Assembly: GCA_050273025.1 (NCBI GenBank)
Contig: CP158635.1
Coordinates: 12,586,001 to 12,650,000, forward strand
DNA length: 64,000 nucleotides
Source of the DNA: Cenococcum geophilum
Taxonomy: Eukaryota
Direction of reading: 5' to 3'
The notes beneath the pieces were generated by a model. The model saw only the letters and a program-made list of their open reading frames with translations, was not told where the DNA came from and ran no database searches. Below are positions 51,828-64,000 of the stretch, in pieces. Positions within the stretch are counted from its first letter, which is position 1. Each line of letters opens with the position of its first letter. The translations under genes were made by a program, and so were the position numbers.

Positions 51828-54151
51828 AAATTAAGCAATTTAAGTAGCGTAATTTCTCTATATAAACTTAAATTATTTCCTTTACAGAAGCACTATAGCT
51901 GCTGTAAGCATTAGCAGAGCTTAGGACACTAATTTAACCATAAGGGGGGGAGGGACTAGTAGCCTAGTTAGCGTTATTAAGCTCCTAAATCTCTTTATCT
52001 AATTACTCTAAAGCTTCCTTTCTACCTTTTATAAACTGTATATCGCCAGAAAGGCAATTAGATATTATCGCTTCTCTATTATAATTAAGTGCCGTTATAG
52101 CTAATATGCCACTACAGTAGCCTAGTATGGCTAAAGATATTTTAATAATTATATTATATATAGTAACCGTAGCCTAGCGAACATTAGGTGGAATATATAA
52201 AATGCCAATAATTTTATAAAGCTTTAAGATTTTAGGGACCTGCTCGCTTATAATATAGGCAATTACTTACCTTTACTTTATATAATTTGCCTTTATTCTA
52301 TTTAATAAAGGTAATAACTCATTTTCTATCCTCCTTAAAAATCTTTTCCCCTAACTTTAAAACCTAATAGGCCGACCCTTAGCTTATATTAGATGTATCC
52401 ATCACAATAATAGGTACTTAAAAGTAGCGATTAGATTACTAAAGATATAAAAGGGGCGGGCTACGTGCTGCCTACTTTAGTAGGTAAGTTATCACCAGTC
52501 TTTAGAGGGTTTTAAAGGTCTTTAGAGGTCTTTAAAGGTCTTAAAGGTTTATTTATATATTAATTAGTAAAACCCTAGCAGAGGTAGTATATACGTATTA
52601 GTAAGGTTAAACTGCGTAGCAGTTCTTACTAGAGTAACAAGAAAGTGTATAGATTTAAGTTAGGCTGTAAATAGTATAGAATGCACGAAGGTAGGCCCAA
52701 ATGCGACTTACTAGATAGCATAAATATAAGAAGACGCCTATTTTAGCCTTACTATAGGTATAAAAAGATTAGTAAAGGATAAGACTAAGTATACTTATAG
52801 AATATAGGAGGCTGACCTATTATAAGTAGAGAAGCCTAGCTTGGCTAGCCGTGGGTATAATTATATAGCATAGGGGGAGGTATAAATTAGCACGCTATAA
52901 TTATATATAGAAATGCGAAAACGTTATATAATAGCCTTTGCTATGCTATTTATAGAAGGAATAGCTCTTGCTAGCGGAGAGACGTATTCTTCTTTAAATT
53001 AATCCCTAAAGCTTTAATACTGGCGACTATGTCCTCCCTATATACGTCCTTATACGTATCCCTATCTTTATCCCGGTCTATACTATATCTTATATTATAA
53101 TTTCTATTATCCTATATCTTGCGCTCTATCTATTATAGGATTTCTTTTTTACTATTTATTTTCTTAACTATACCTAAGAATATAAGAACTTTATGGTAAT
53201 TCCCTTAGTATTAGTAATGGGCTAAAGTATAGCAGACAGCCATTATATTAAGAATTTGTAAAGCTATTAGATTATATAAGAAAATTTATTCCTTAACTTT
53301 ACCTTAATTTTCTTAAGTTTATAACTATTGTAGTAGGTAAATAGAGCCTAGTTTATATCCTAAACGCGGATATAAGTATATTTATTTCTCTAAAACTAGG
53401 GGTCCTTTTAAGCTATCTTTATAGTAATATTAAGACTAGTTATTCTTATAAGGTTACTTAGATATAAAGATAATTATAGGTAGATAATAGTAAGGAAAGT
53501 TTAGGTTAATAGGAGGATAGAAGTAGGTCTTTATATAAAAATAGAAAAGATATCTTAATCTACGGCCTATAGCATAACCTCCTTACCAATAAATATTAAG
53601 GTAAGTAATAGTTAACTCTTATATATCGCCTAAACCTCCCAAACCAAGATATATTAGATATTTAGGCTTTATCGTTAACACATTATATAGGTCCTACCTA
53701 ACCGGAAATTAGCCCTACTGGGATTTTAGCCCCACTAAAAATCCAGCCCCAAATCGCCTTTATTATCTTTTACTAATAAAGTCCCTTAATTATAACTCCT
53801 TCTTAAACTCAATTATATTTACACTATAGATAGCCCCTAGCATTAATAGTAAAGATATAGATAATTTAAAAGCCTATTTAGTAATATAGAGCTAAGGGTA
53901 TTCTTTATAGATATTTAATATACCCTTCTTTACTTTACCCAATACTACCACAATAGATAAATATATTACTCTATACTTAGAGGTAAGTGCTAAATATAAG
54001 AATAGATTTAACGCTTTACTAATAATTATAACTAAATAGCCAGAGCTATCGCTACTATAATTCTAAACATAACCCCTAATGTAGGATCTCTTTAATAGTT
54101 ATATCTAATACTATATAATAACCTATAAAGCCCCCTTCCGTATATGCCCGC

Positions 54152-57100
54152 TATTACAGTACTGTAATAAAGTAGACTAAATAACTACGTTATAGTATAA
54201 AGAGGGGAAGAAGGTAAAAAGGGGGTATTGTATATAAATAGTAGGGCCGGCCGCTAAGTCGCTAGTAGTGGGCTAGCTAACAGTAGGAAATAGTACGAGA
54301 TAGTATAAAATAGTATACGTCAGGTCAGTGCCGTAATAATACTTCTCTCCCCTAAATGGTTTGGTCCCTAAACTAAATAGATAACTTAAAAATAGGTAGT
54401 ATATAGGGTTACCTATTTTTTACCGTAAAGATATTAGTTCCGCTTACCGCCCTTAACTAAGCTAATAGCGATTTCTTATACCGGGCATAGAAAATCCTAA
54501 TTGGTTAGTTTAGTAAGTAAGGTTAGTAGAACTCTATACCACTACCTAAATTAATCCATATGGCGTTTCTTGGCGAGAATTTAGCTAATTAGATAACTTT
54601 AACCGCTAGTTAAAGTTCTATAACATCTTAACCATCACAAATTTTAATACGGTGGTCGGCCGTAACCTTAGCGTAACTTTTCCTTATTTTATACCCAGTC
54701 TAAGGGTCCTAGCTTTTTAGGGTGTTGCTTATAAAAGCACTATGCAGCTTATTTATAACCCTTTAGGTCTTCCTTTAGCTGCTAGGTTATATCCTTATAA
54801 TATTTCTATTTAATTTTATAAGTTAGGCCCTAGGGGTCTTTATTATATATATTAAGGATTTTCTTAAACTCCTATTTGTCTTCTATATTGCCGTTATTAT
54901 TTCTCTCTACCACTTGTCCTTATATATTACGGCGCTCTATAGTATTAATATTTACTTAGCTAGGGATCTCTTTAGTAGCCTAGAGGCGGACCTTAGATAT
55001 ATAAAAGGATTTATTTACTTAGATATAGTCTAGGAGGTCTACTACGACTATCCCTTAATATACTGCGAGTACGGGGTATAGGCTGTCCTATTTATCGTTC
55101 TATTTCTTCTTAGGTTTATTTATCTTTATATTTTTTAAGCTAACTATAACTATATTGACTTCGTAGAATAACGCGCTCTTATCCCTACGGGTATTAGTAT
55201 TATCTTTATAGCGTTGCTATAAAATCCAGGCTAGGGCCTTAAGTTATATTAATATCCGCTTAAAGCGGTTGGCTATAGAGTTTGTATAGAAGAACTCCTT
55301 CTTTACTTATACTAATAGTGTTAGTAAGTAGGGGCCAGTAGGCTTAATTCTAAGGCGAGGGTTAAAGCTATAGTTTATAAAAAATAGAGAGATACCTATA
55401 CTCTTGTTAACTTAGTTATTTATAGTAAATTTAGTAAGCGGTAGGTAGTTAACCTAGTTGTCCTATATAAAGCTAACAAAAGTATAAAGGTATTTATTTA
55501 CGGCAGTGTTAATAATTTTAGTTTAGCCATCTATTTTTAAGTACTAGGCTAAGCTTAGTTATAAGGTTATCTTAAAGCGTTTACTTAGTTATTGCTAGAA
55601 GTCGCTAATAAATTATATGCTATAATTGGAGATAATTGTGCTTAGTATACCATAGAGCTTATATACGTTATTAATAAAGCTATTAACTAGCTCCTCTATT
55701 AAGAGTCCTATTACTAGAATAAGGTGTCATATTTTAGTTAGGCGGTCTATAATAATAAAAATATATTTATATACCTTACCGTAGCGTTAGCATACCAGTA
55801 GCGTTATAATATAGTTAATTAAGATATCGGTCTATAGGCAGGTAGGTAATTTTAGTAGCTTTAAAAAACCGGGCGGGGCAGAATAGGGGGTCTTAGTGCG
55901 AAAGTATAGGGCATAGTCTTTAATAAAGGTAGCTATAAACTGGGAGATTCCTAGCTACTAGTATATTTGGTTTAAGAGGTTAAAAGTCTTAACCCGGCTA
56001 GGGTAATTAGTAGGGCCGCTGCTATAAGAGTAATAGGTAACTTTTAGGTAAAGGTCTAGGGCGTTAGGGACAAAGAGATATTAGTAGAAGTAGATCTATC
56101 TGTTAACAATACTATATTCTAACTTATTGCAATAAAGTAATTTCCTAATCTTCTTTAACTAACGGTAAGCTTTCCGATTATATAGGGCTGCCACTATATT
56201 TCTTACGAGTTTGTTCTCCTAGTATTTTAACTAAATTAACTCGTCTAGTAACTTTTTAGCTATTTTTGGGTCTAAAGCGGCTATAAACTTTACGTTATTA
56301 GAGTTATAGGACTTATATAGTAATTCCTCTAAGATTATAGGGTTAACTTTTTAGGGCGGTATAATGACTTAGGCTTAGTAGCGGAGGTGTTTATTATTAG
56401 CGTCCTTAGGCCTTATTTTTAGTAGCTAGCTTAGGGCGTTAGGGAGCGTAGCTTTACTACTAGGTCTATATATAATTATAAAGTTAAACTATAAAAGGAA
56501 CTCTGCCTACTAGACTTAGCGCTAGTTTAGCTGCTTAGTAGTTATAAACATCTATAGGTTTTTATAGTTAGTAATAATTTTAAACGGCTCCTTAGTCCCT
56601 TATAGCTTAGGACGCTATTCCTTTAAAGCCTTAATAATAACTAAGAGTTCTTTATTATAGATCTTATAGTTATACTCTAGCGTAGAGTGCTTTACGGAGA
56701 AGAATGTGACTAGTCTTAATTTTCTATTATTATTATACTGGGAAAGGACTCCGCTGGAAGCCTAATTTAATACGTCTGTCTCTACTACTGTTTTCTTTAT
56801 ATAGTTATAGTATGCTAATACTCTTAAGGGCCTTAAATAATTTAGCTTATTTTGGTCCCTATAGCCATCTAATATCTTTCTTTAAGAGTTTTGTTATAGG
56901 TATAGCGATAGTAGAGTAGCCTTAGATAAATTGTTAGTAGAAGTTCGCGAAGCTAAGAAATTATTATAATTCTTTAATTAATATCGGGTCCTTTTATTCC
57001 TATAAGGCCTATACCTTCTTAGGGTCTATAGTTATACTATTAGTTAAAATAATTAAGCTAAGGTATTTTATTTTAGTAGAGTAGAACTTAGACTTATTAA

Positions 57101-60100
57101 TATTAATTTAAAGTCTAGCATTGCCGAGTCTTTAAATGACTTTATTTATATACTTAGTGTGCTTAGTACGTATTTTAGAAAAAATAAGGACGTTATTAAG
57201 GTAGGCAGTGTAATAGTTATTAAGGGCGTTATATAGAATATAGTTAATATAGTTCTAGAATATAGCGGGTGCGTTATAGAGGCTAAATAGTGTAACTAGT
57301 ATCTTATAGAGTCCAAACCGGGTAATAAATACTATAAGCTACTTATAGCCCTCCGCAATCTAGATCTAGTTAAACGCAGCAATTATATTAAGTTTAGTAA
57401 AGTACTTAGTACTATAAAGTGCGTTAAGTGTCTTACGGATTAGTAGCAGTAGGTATTAATTCTTAATAGTAACTATATTTAGGCCTTAGTAGTTATAGTA
57501 GATTTATATCCCGCTACCGGGCTTAGTAGTAAGAAGAAATAGTGCGGTAGCTAGTAAGGTTAATTTGCGGATAAAACCCTTATCTAGCATCTTATTAATC
57601 CACTTCTTTATACACCTAAGTTTAGCAGGTAAGAGTGGTTTATTTTTATAATATAGGGCCTAGTTTCTAGGGGTGATCTCAATTTTATGGTTCTATAGTT
57701 GGTAAGGGGGCAGCTTATCTACGTTTTTAGGGAAGAAGTGCTTAATATATTTACTAAACTCCTTTAATAGGCGTTATAGAATGTCTTTATAGGTTAATCC
57801 TAGTTTGCCTTTTAAGAATTTTTTAATATTAGTGTTAACTATCTTTTAACGTAAAAGCTCGGGTTTAGTTTTTAGATTTATCTTAAGGAAGTTATAGAAA
57901 TAGGGGGGGAGCACTTTACGGGCTTCCTTTATTGTATAGTTGCCTTCTATTAGCCGGCGGAAAGACCTTTTTAATAGGTTCGGTACTTCTATTAGGCCTA
58001 TAGGCAGCTCTTTAAGTAGCTGTCGGTACTTATCTTATTTAACTAGTTTTACTAGCTCTGCTATATAGATCCTTATTACCTTTATATCTTTTTGTTTATA
58101 GAACTAGGTAAAATTAATAGTATAAGTATATTTAATATTATCTAGGTTAGGGCGTATCTAGTTCTCTAGTGCTATGGCTAGGCTAGTACGGCTTAGTTAG
58201 CTTAAGGCGGCGGAAATAAGGCGGCGGCTCTATATGGTACGCGTGGGAGACGGGTATAAGGTTAGGCATTATGGTGGCGCGGTTTCTATTATTTAGGTTT
58301 TAGTAGTTCTATAGCCAGTCCTTACTATAATGCGAGCTATAGTGTGCGTATATAGTATATAGCTTAGTTTTAGGTATTAGGCTAGGCGACTAGGGTTTAA
58401 ATAGTGCCTAGGTTAGGGTTAGATTTTTAGTAATAGCGGCGCGAAGCGGACCTTCTTCCTTAGTCTTAGTAGGGCTAGCTAGCCTATTATTTTAGTCTTA
58501 AGTGCTAGGGTAGTCTAGTCTTTTACTATCTTATTTCTTTATAGCTATACGGGCTCCCCTTTATTAGGAATGTCTTCTACTATTAGGGCTTTATATATAG
58601 TCCTAGGCACTAGGCTTAGTAGTACTAAGTATCTATATAGGGCGCCCCTACTAACGTTAGTTATCCCCTATAGGAGGTAGTGCCTAAAGTAGTAGTCTAA
58701 GTTAAAGCGGATCTTAAGTTTTCCAAAGCTAGGATGGGGCTTATACTTCTAAAGCTAGGGTATACCTAGGATAATTAGGGTAGTGGGCGAGAGTTTAGTA
58801 ATAAAAAAGAGTATGGCTTTAGTATGGAGGCCGATTAATATTTAGGTGGTAAAGTAGTCCGTAATAAGCAAAGTTAGGATATTATCTGTAAGGTATAGTA
58901 GCCTAGGTGCTAGTAGCTTCTTAGTTATAATATTATACTTTTTTATAATAGACTTTGCGTTAGTAAATGCCATTATAGTACTACCGGAGTCTATTAGGCT
59001 TACTATATTAATATAAACTTAGGGGTATAGGTTACGTAATAAGGAGAGTTAGGTTTAAATAAGGATTAATTTCTTATTATTATTTGCTGATTTAAGATTA
59101 AGTGGCAGTTTACTAATAGAAAGGACTAATTAATCTAGTAATAGGGACCTAATCTTCTCGTCTTCCTCCTTATATAGTTTAGACCTTTAGACGTAACTTA
59201 GTCTAAGGGTTTACCTTTTAATGACTAAGGTACGGGGCTATCTTAGCGGGGTGGTCTAGTGTCCGTCTAGCTAGCGGTATTAGTTTTAGTTTTAGTTGGG
59301 GTATAGAAAGATAATACCTCGCTAATAACGTGGCCGTATTCGTATTTACTAGCGCGAAGTCGCTAATACTAGGCGTTATTAACGGGTTAGGCTTCTATAT
59401 AGGGTATAGTTTAGAGTAACTAAGCTATAGGGTTAAAGGGGGGGTTTGTCTACCGCGGCTATAATAGGCTCTATAGTTGCCGCGTTTATAATAAACTCTA
59501 TAGTCGCCACATCCGCGGTTATTAGTTCGCGTTATTTAATGGGGTAGTATTAGGACTAGGTTTACTATCTTAATAGGGTTATAGGTATCCTTCTAGTGGT
59601 TAGGTAGGCTATAAGCAAAGTATAGTCTATTATTAATACAGCGCTTATACTTTGTGTTTAAGATTCTATTAAGGTCTATAGGTTCTCTAGTTACTGTTAG
59701 GGTTAGGGTTAATATAGGGGCAGGGGCTTAGGTAGGTAGGCGGTAGTTAGCGTTCTTCTTAAGGTTGGCTTAGTGTATATAGTTTGCAAGGTTTTTAGCG
59801 AATATATCTATCTGCTTACTTTAACCTGTATAGTCGCTATTATTAATTTTATAGGTAAGTCTAAGTACCAGCTCTTTTATCTTTAGAGAGATAAACTTTT
59901 AGAGTAGGTTTACCTTCTATTTATCTATCTTCTTAGTGCAGGCTATTAGCTTATTAAGCTCTCCCTTCTAGAACTAGTAATTACGCTTACCCTAGGGGAA
60001 ATAGTTAAGCTTGTTCTTTGTAACCTAGGTTATATTAAGGACCTTATAGTAGGTAGTAAGGTCTTTAAGCATATTTTCCTTAGTAGGCCATTTCCACATA

Positions 60101-61045
60101 GATATGTTGTTTAGGTTCTTATATATAAGCTTTAGGCCCTACTTAATAAACTTATAGGCCTTATCCTCTAGTATATCTAAGATATAAAGGATCTGGGACT
60201 AAACTATATTAAAGTAGTCCTAGTCCCAGTTAAAGACTCCCTTAATCTTAATATACCAGGTCTTAAAATTAGCTTATTATTTTAGCGGGGTGCCTTTTCC
60301 GCTAAATATTGGCGGGTCTTTAGATCTCCGTTTTTTCTGCTAGGTTACTACCATTATTATAGGGGTTAATTATTTTAGAACGGTAATAGTCTTTACCTAG
60401 GAGTTAATAGTTCCTATCTAGAAAGCGATAAGGGTACTAAGGTTTTTATTAGCTTTCTTATTAGCGGTATTTGTGTTATATATACACTATAGTCCTACTT
60501 TAATGTTGTTAAGGAACTCGTTAGTATAGTTAATAAGGGTAAAGTAAGCTTTGCTAGGCTTAAAGGTCTTAAGGTATAGTAGGGAGCGGCAGATTGTCTA
60601 CGCAATATTAGGGTATATCTCTATAAAGAGGTCTATAAAAACGTTGCGGGGATTCTAAGTTTCGGCTATTTTGGCGTTATTAGTGTCGCCTATCTAGGCG
60701 CTAGGTAAAAACTGAGGATCGTTTTAGAACTATGCTAGGGACGTACCGGTTTTAGCAGAAGCGCGTATAGGTCGCAATTGCTCTAGGGTGGAGGTTAATT
60801 AGCTAGGGTATAGGGAATTAGTGATCGCGATAGGGCGCAAATTAAAGATACTACAAACTGTTATAGTGCTGTAATAAAGTAGACTAAATAACTACGTTGT
60901 AGTATAAAGAGGGGAAGAAGGTGGAAAGGGGGTATTATATATAAATAGTAGGGCCGGCCGCTAAGTCGCTAGTAGTGGGCTAGTTAACAGTAGGAAACAG
61001 TACAAGACAGTATAAAACAGTATGCGTTAGGTCAGTGCCGTAACA
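54152..61045 (-). mobile_element. Full-length gypsy chromovirus family C (6894 bp)
   Basis: 187-bp LTRs at 54152-54338 and 60859-61045, TSD cccgc/cccgt, PPT (cttctctcccc on plus). Restored RT AYLDDVL (~57186-57207), RNase H ETDAS (~56770) and chromodomain WEFEKIL..IKWK (~54720-54875). Confidence 0.9.
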
Positions 61046-61337
61046 CCCGTAAAGAATTTAGGAAAGGCTATAGTAATATTAGCTATTAAATTATTAGACT
61101 TAGGTAATAGATTGCTAAAGTTTAAAGTATTAAAGAACTACTAATCCTTTTAGCTCTAAAGTGGCGAGATATTAAGTGCCCTATACTATATACCTTAAAT
61201 CTTTAAAGGGAGTAGAGGTGGACTTACTTATATATTTATATAGGCCAAAATAGCTACTACCCTATAGCAGCCGTAATAGCGTTAGATTAATATATAAGAG
61301 ATACTATATTAAGAACGTTGGAGTATAATAAGCCTAG

Positions 61338-64000
61338 TGTGACGGCTTATATAAATGCCTCTAAACCAAAGCTTGTAGAATGCTATTTTATAAAGATACT
61401 AAGCTAAGGAGAAGGAAAGGGGGTCGCTAGGGCTAGTATAAATTAATTAATAGCGCGAGCCGCTAAGGCGCTAGTAGTAGGCGAGCTAATAGTAGAAAAT
61501 AGTACCAAACAGTACTAGATAGTACGCGATAGTATAAGATAGTATAATAGGTAGCAGAATATAGCAGAACTTAGGTAGAATTTAGCAGGTAACGCGCTCT
61601 AGCGCCGTTTTATTACCCCCCCCCCCCCCTTCTGAAAAAAGCCTGCCCTTAGGCGTTGTCTAAGCTCCCTATTGTTGTTTAAATCGTTATAGTTATCTAA
61701 CCCTTCTTCCTAGCATTTAATCTAGTTATCTAATTTACGTAGTAGTCCGGGGAGGTTAGGGTAGGCTATATAAAAGTCCTATAGCTTATAGGGAGAGTAC
61801 TTAAAATTAGATACGGGGTACCATTTTAGGCCTTTATCGTGGCCTACCTAGCTTATATAGTATTTTAAGACATTACGGTCCTTTTTAACTACTAGGATTT
61901 CTTTAACTTTCTATTTCTTATCCTCTATAATCTAGATTAGCGGTAGGGGGTTATTATACTGCCCAGGCAGTAGATTATCTATAGCCTTTTATAGTTAGTC
62001 TAGGGAGAAAACGGGGTAGATCCTTATTGACTCTGGTAGCTTAACCTTAAAAGAGTATCCTACCTTTTAAAGAATCTTATATGGGCCAGCCATTTGGTAG
62101 TTTAGCTTGCGGCTTAGCCTCTAGATTTTCTAGTTCTTTATTAACACCTATACTTTATCTCCTACTTAGAAGTTTACTTTATAATAATATTGGTTTATAT
62201 CGGACTCCTTCTTCTCTTACGCCTTTTTTATAATTATTTAAGCGGTCTCCTAGGCTCCGTGTATTCTCTTAGTAAATGCCTAGGCCTCTTTATAGCTAAG
62301 GCGGTCGCGGGCCGTAGTGGGTTTAGTAGGCCTATCCCAATTAAAGGACGTTTATAGTGTATATCTATAAAGCAGTTTAAATGGCGATATCCCTATACTA
62401 TTATGGGGGAGTATAAGCTACGCGTATTTTATTATAGGTAGTAGTTCTAACCAGTTGTCCTAATAGTAGTCTATAAAGGGACGTAGTCGCTAGTTAAGGT
62501 ACTGGTTTATAATCTCGGTTTAGCTATTAGTTTAAGGGTAGAATATAGTAGAGAGCTTAATCTTAATCCTAAGGATACGGCAGAATTTGTTCTAGAAATC
62601 TGATATAAACTAGGGATTATAGTTAGAGACAATTAATTCAGGGGCGCCGTAGAATTAATAGATGTTGTTAATATAGAGGTGGGCTATATCCTTCGCCGTT
62701 GTAGTCTTAAAATAAGGGAAGGAGACGGATTACTTATATAGTTAGTCGATTATAATAAAGGCCGCATTATAGCCGTAGGCGTCCTTTAGAAATAACTTAA
62801 AGTCTATTATAATATATTGCTAAGGGCGTTCTAGAACTAGTAGTAATTATAGCTATCCAGTTATTTAATTCCTAGGGGCATCTACGCGTCTATAGGCGTG
62901 GCAGTTTTTAATAAATTAATCTATATCTAATAAAAGCCCTCGCTAGTAGTAACGGGGCGTTAATAGTTAGTAGGTTTTGTCTTAACTAGGGTATACCGTA
63001 GAGACTTAACAGTGGGCTTTACGGATTAGCTCTATCCGTAGGTTGTTAATATCTAGAATTATAAGCCGTTCTTAGTATAGAAGTAGTCCTTCTTCTATTT
63101 CTAAATTGGGGTTACCTTTTATAGCTTGGTCGCGGAGGGCCTTTAGGGAGTTAGCTGTGCGGTTTACATTTAGGATACAATTAATTAGCCCTATTAGTTC
63201 GTCTAAGACTTTTTCTATAGGTGCTAAATTATTCTACTTAGAGTCTAGCTCCTTAAGGATCCGCAGGTTAAGCTATTTAGGGTAAAGAAGGGCGCGTGTC
63301 CAGTATTAGGCTTTTAGCTTATTCTAAGGTCCTATATCTTATTTCTTTTGGGTTAATATATTAGCCTAAGAGTTTTACTTACCAGAACGATATATAATTA
63401 TAAAAAAGAATTAGGAGAGTATTTTAGCCTAATAAGCTTATTTTTTAGTATGCTGCTTTATAGTTATAAAGTACTCTAGGGCTTTATAATCTATATATAT
63501 CTTAATCCGGAAGTTCGTACTTTTAAGCTCTATATACTATTAGGACAGCAATTAGATAATAGCTAGCATTTCTTTATTATATACCTTGTAGTTACACTTA
63601 ACCAGGTCTATTATTTTTAAAAAGGAGGTAATAGGGTACTATTTACCGTCTAGCTGTAACTGTAATAGGATTCCCGCTATAATTCTATTAAAAGCGTCCG
63701 TTTTTAGCATTAACTTAAGGTCCAGGTTATAGTAATAAAGAATTAAAGAGGAGATAAGCTAATCTTTTAACTCTTTAAAGGCTTTTATATAATTATTATT
63801 AAAGATAAAAGGCGTGTCTTTCCGGGTAAGTCGTATAAGAGGCCTTACTATAACTCTATAGTTATAGATAAACCAGTAATAGAAATTATAAAACCTAAGG
63901 AAGGACTAGATCCCTTTTACTATATAAGGGGGCTTCTAGTTACGGATTGCCTCCACCTTCTTAGGGTTAACTTTAATTCCTTTTATAGTTACAATAAACC
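61338..64000 (-). mobile_element. 3' part of gypsy chromovirus family D (3' LTR 61338-61612, chromodomain, IN, RNase H); continues past the window end
   Basis: TGTGACGGC...gccgtttta LTR, poly-C tract (PPT) at 61616-61629, restored chromodomain EWEVEEILAV..WVGHDEDPEWYPASDFK (~61800-61915), restored HPQTDGQTEI (~62515-62545). Confidence 0.85.

Noticed and set aside
53615..53655. Kinase-like glycine loop (restored LGSGGSGDV) on the minus strand
   Set aside because: No downstream kinase motifs could be recovered, so it is too weak to call.
59695..59712. Telomere-like TTAGGG repeats (also ~58411 and CCCTAA at ~40845)
   Set aside because: Only 2-3 units, inside gag/pol coding remnants, and explainable as RIPed Asp/Asn-Pro codons.

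Overview
This is a fungal (filamentous ascomycete-type), AT-rich block degraded by repeat-induced point mutation (RIP), made almost entirely of nested transposons. I found no intact protein-coding gene, and the ORF-track entries are RIP remnants or artefacts. Elements were delimited by eye from LTR pairs, TIRs and target-site duplications (TSDs). They are: five pieces of one Ty3/gypsy chromovirus family ('family A', one full-length at 23072-31077), at least three other gypsy families, two full-length Ty1/copia elements (3646-9622, 39649-44646), a full-length Tad-like LINE (37824-48391), two solo LTRs, a fold-back MITE, a 1.1-kb TIR element, and a RIP-destroyed, internally deleted DUF3435 tyrosine recombinase gene of the Starship 'captain' type (48786-50956). 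The most striking item is an 854-bp non-coding SINE-like retroposon (13019-13872, minus strand, 15-bp TSD). Its first nucleotide is the predicted cleavage site of a complete HDV-like self-cleaving ribozyme fold with a covarying P1.1. It has no recognisable Pol III head, and its 3' tail resembles the 3' end of the neighbouring LINE. Family A also carries a spliced antisense Zn(II)2Cys6-like accessory gene. Protein motifs quoted as 'restored' were obtained by mentally reversing C>T/G>A changes and are inferences.
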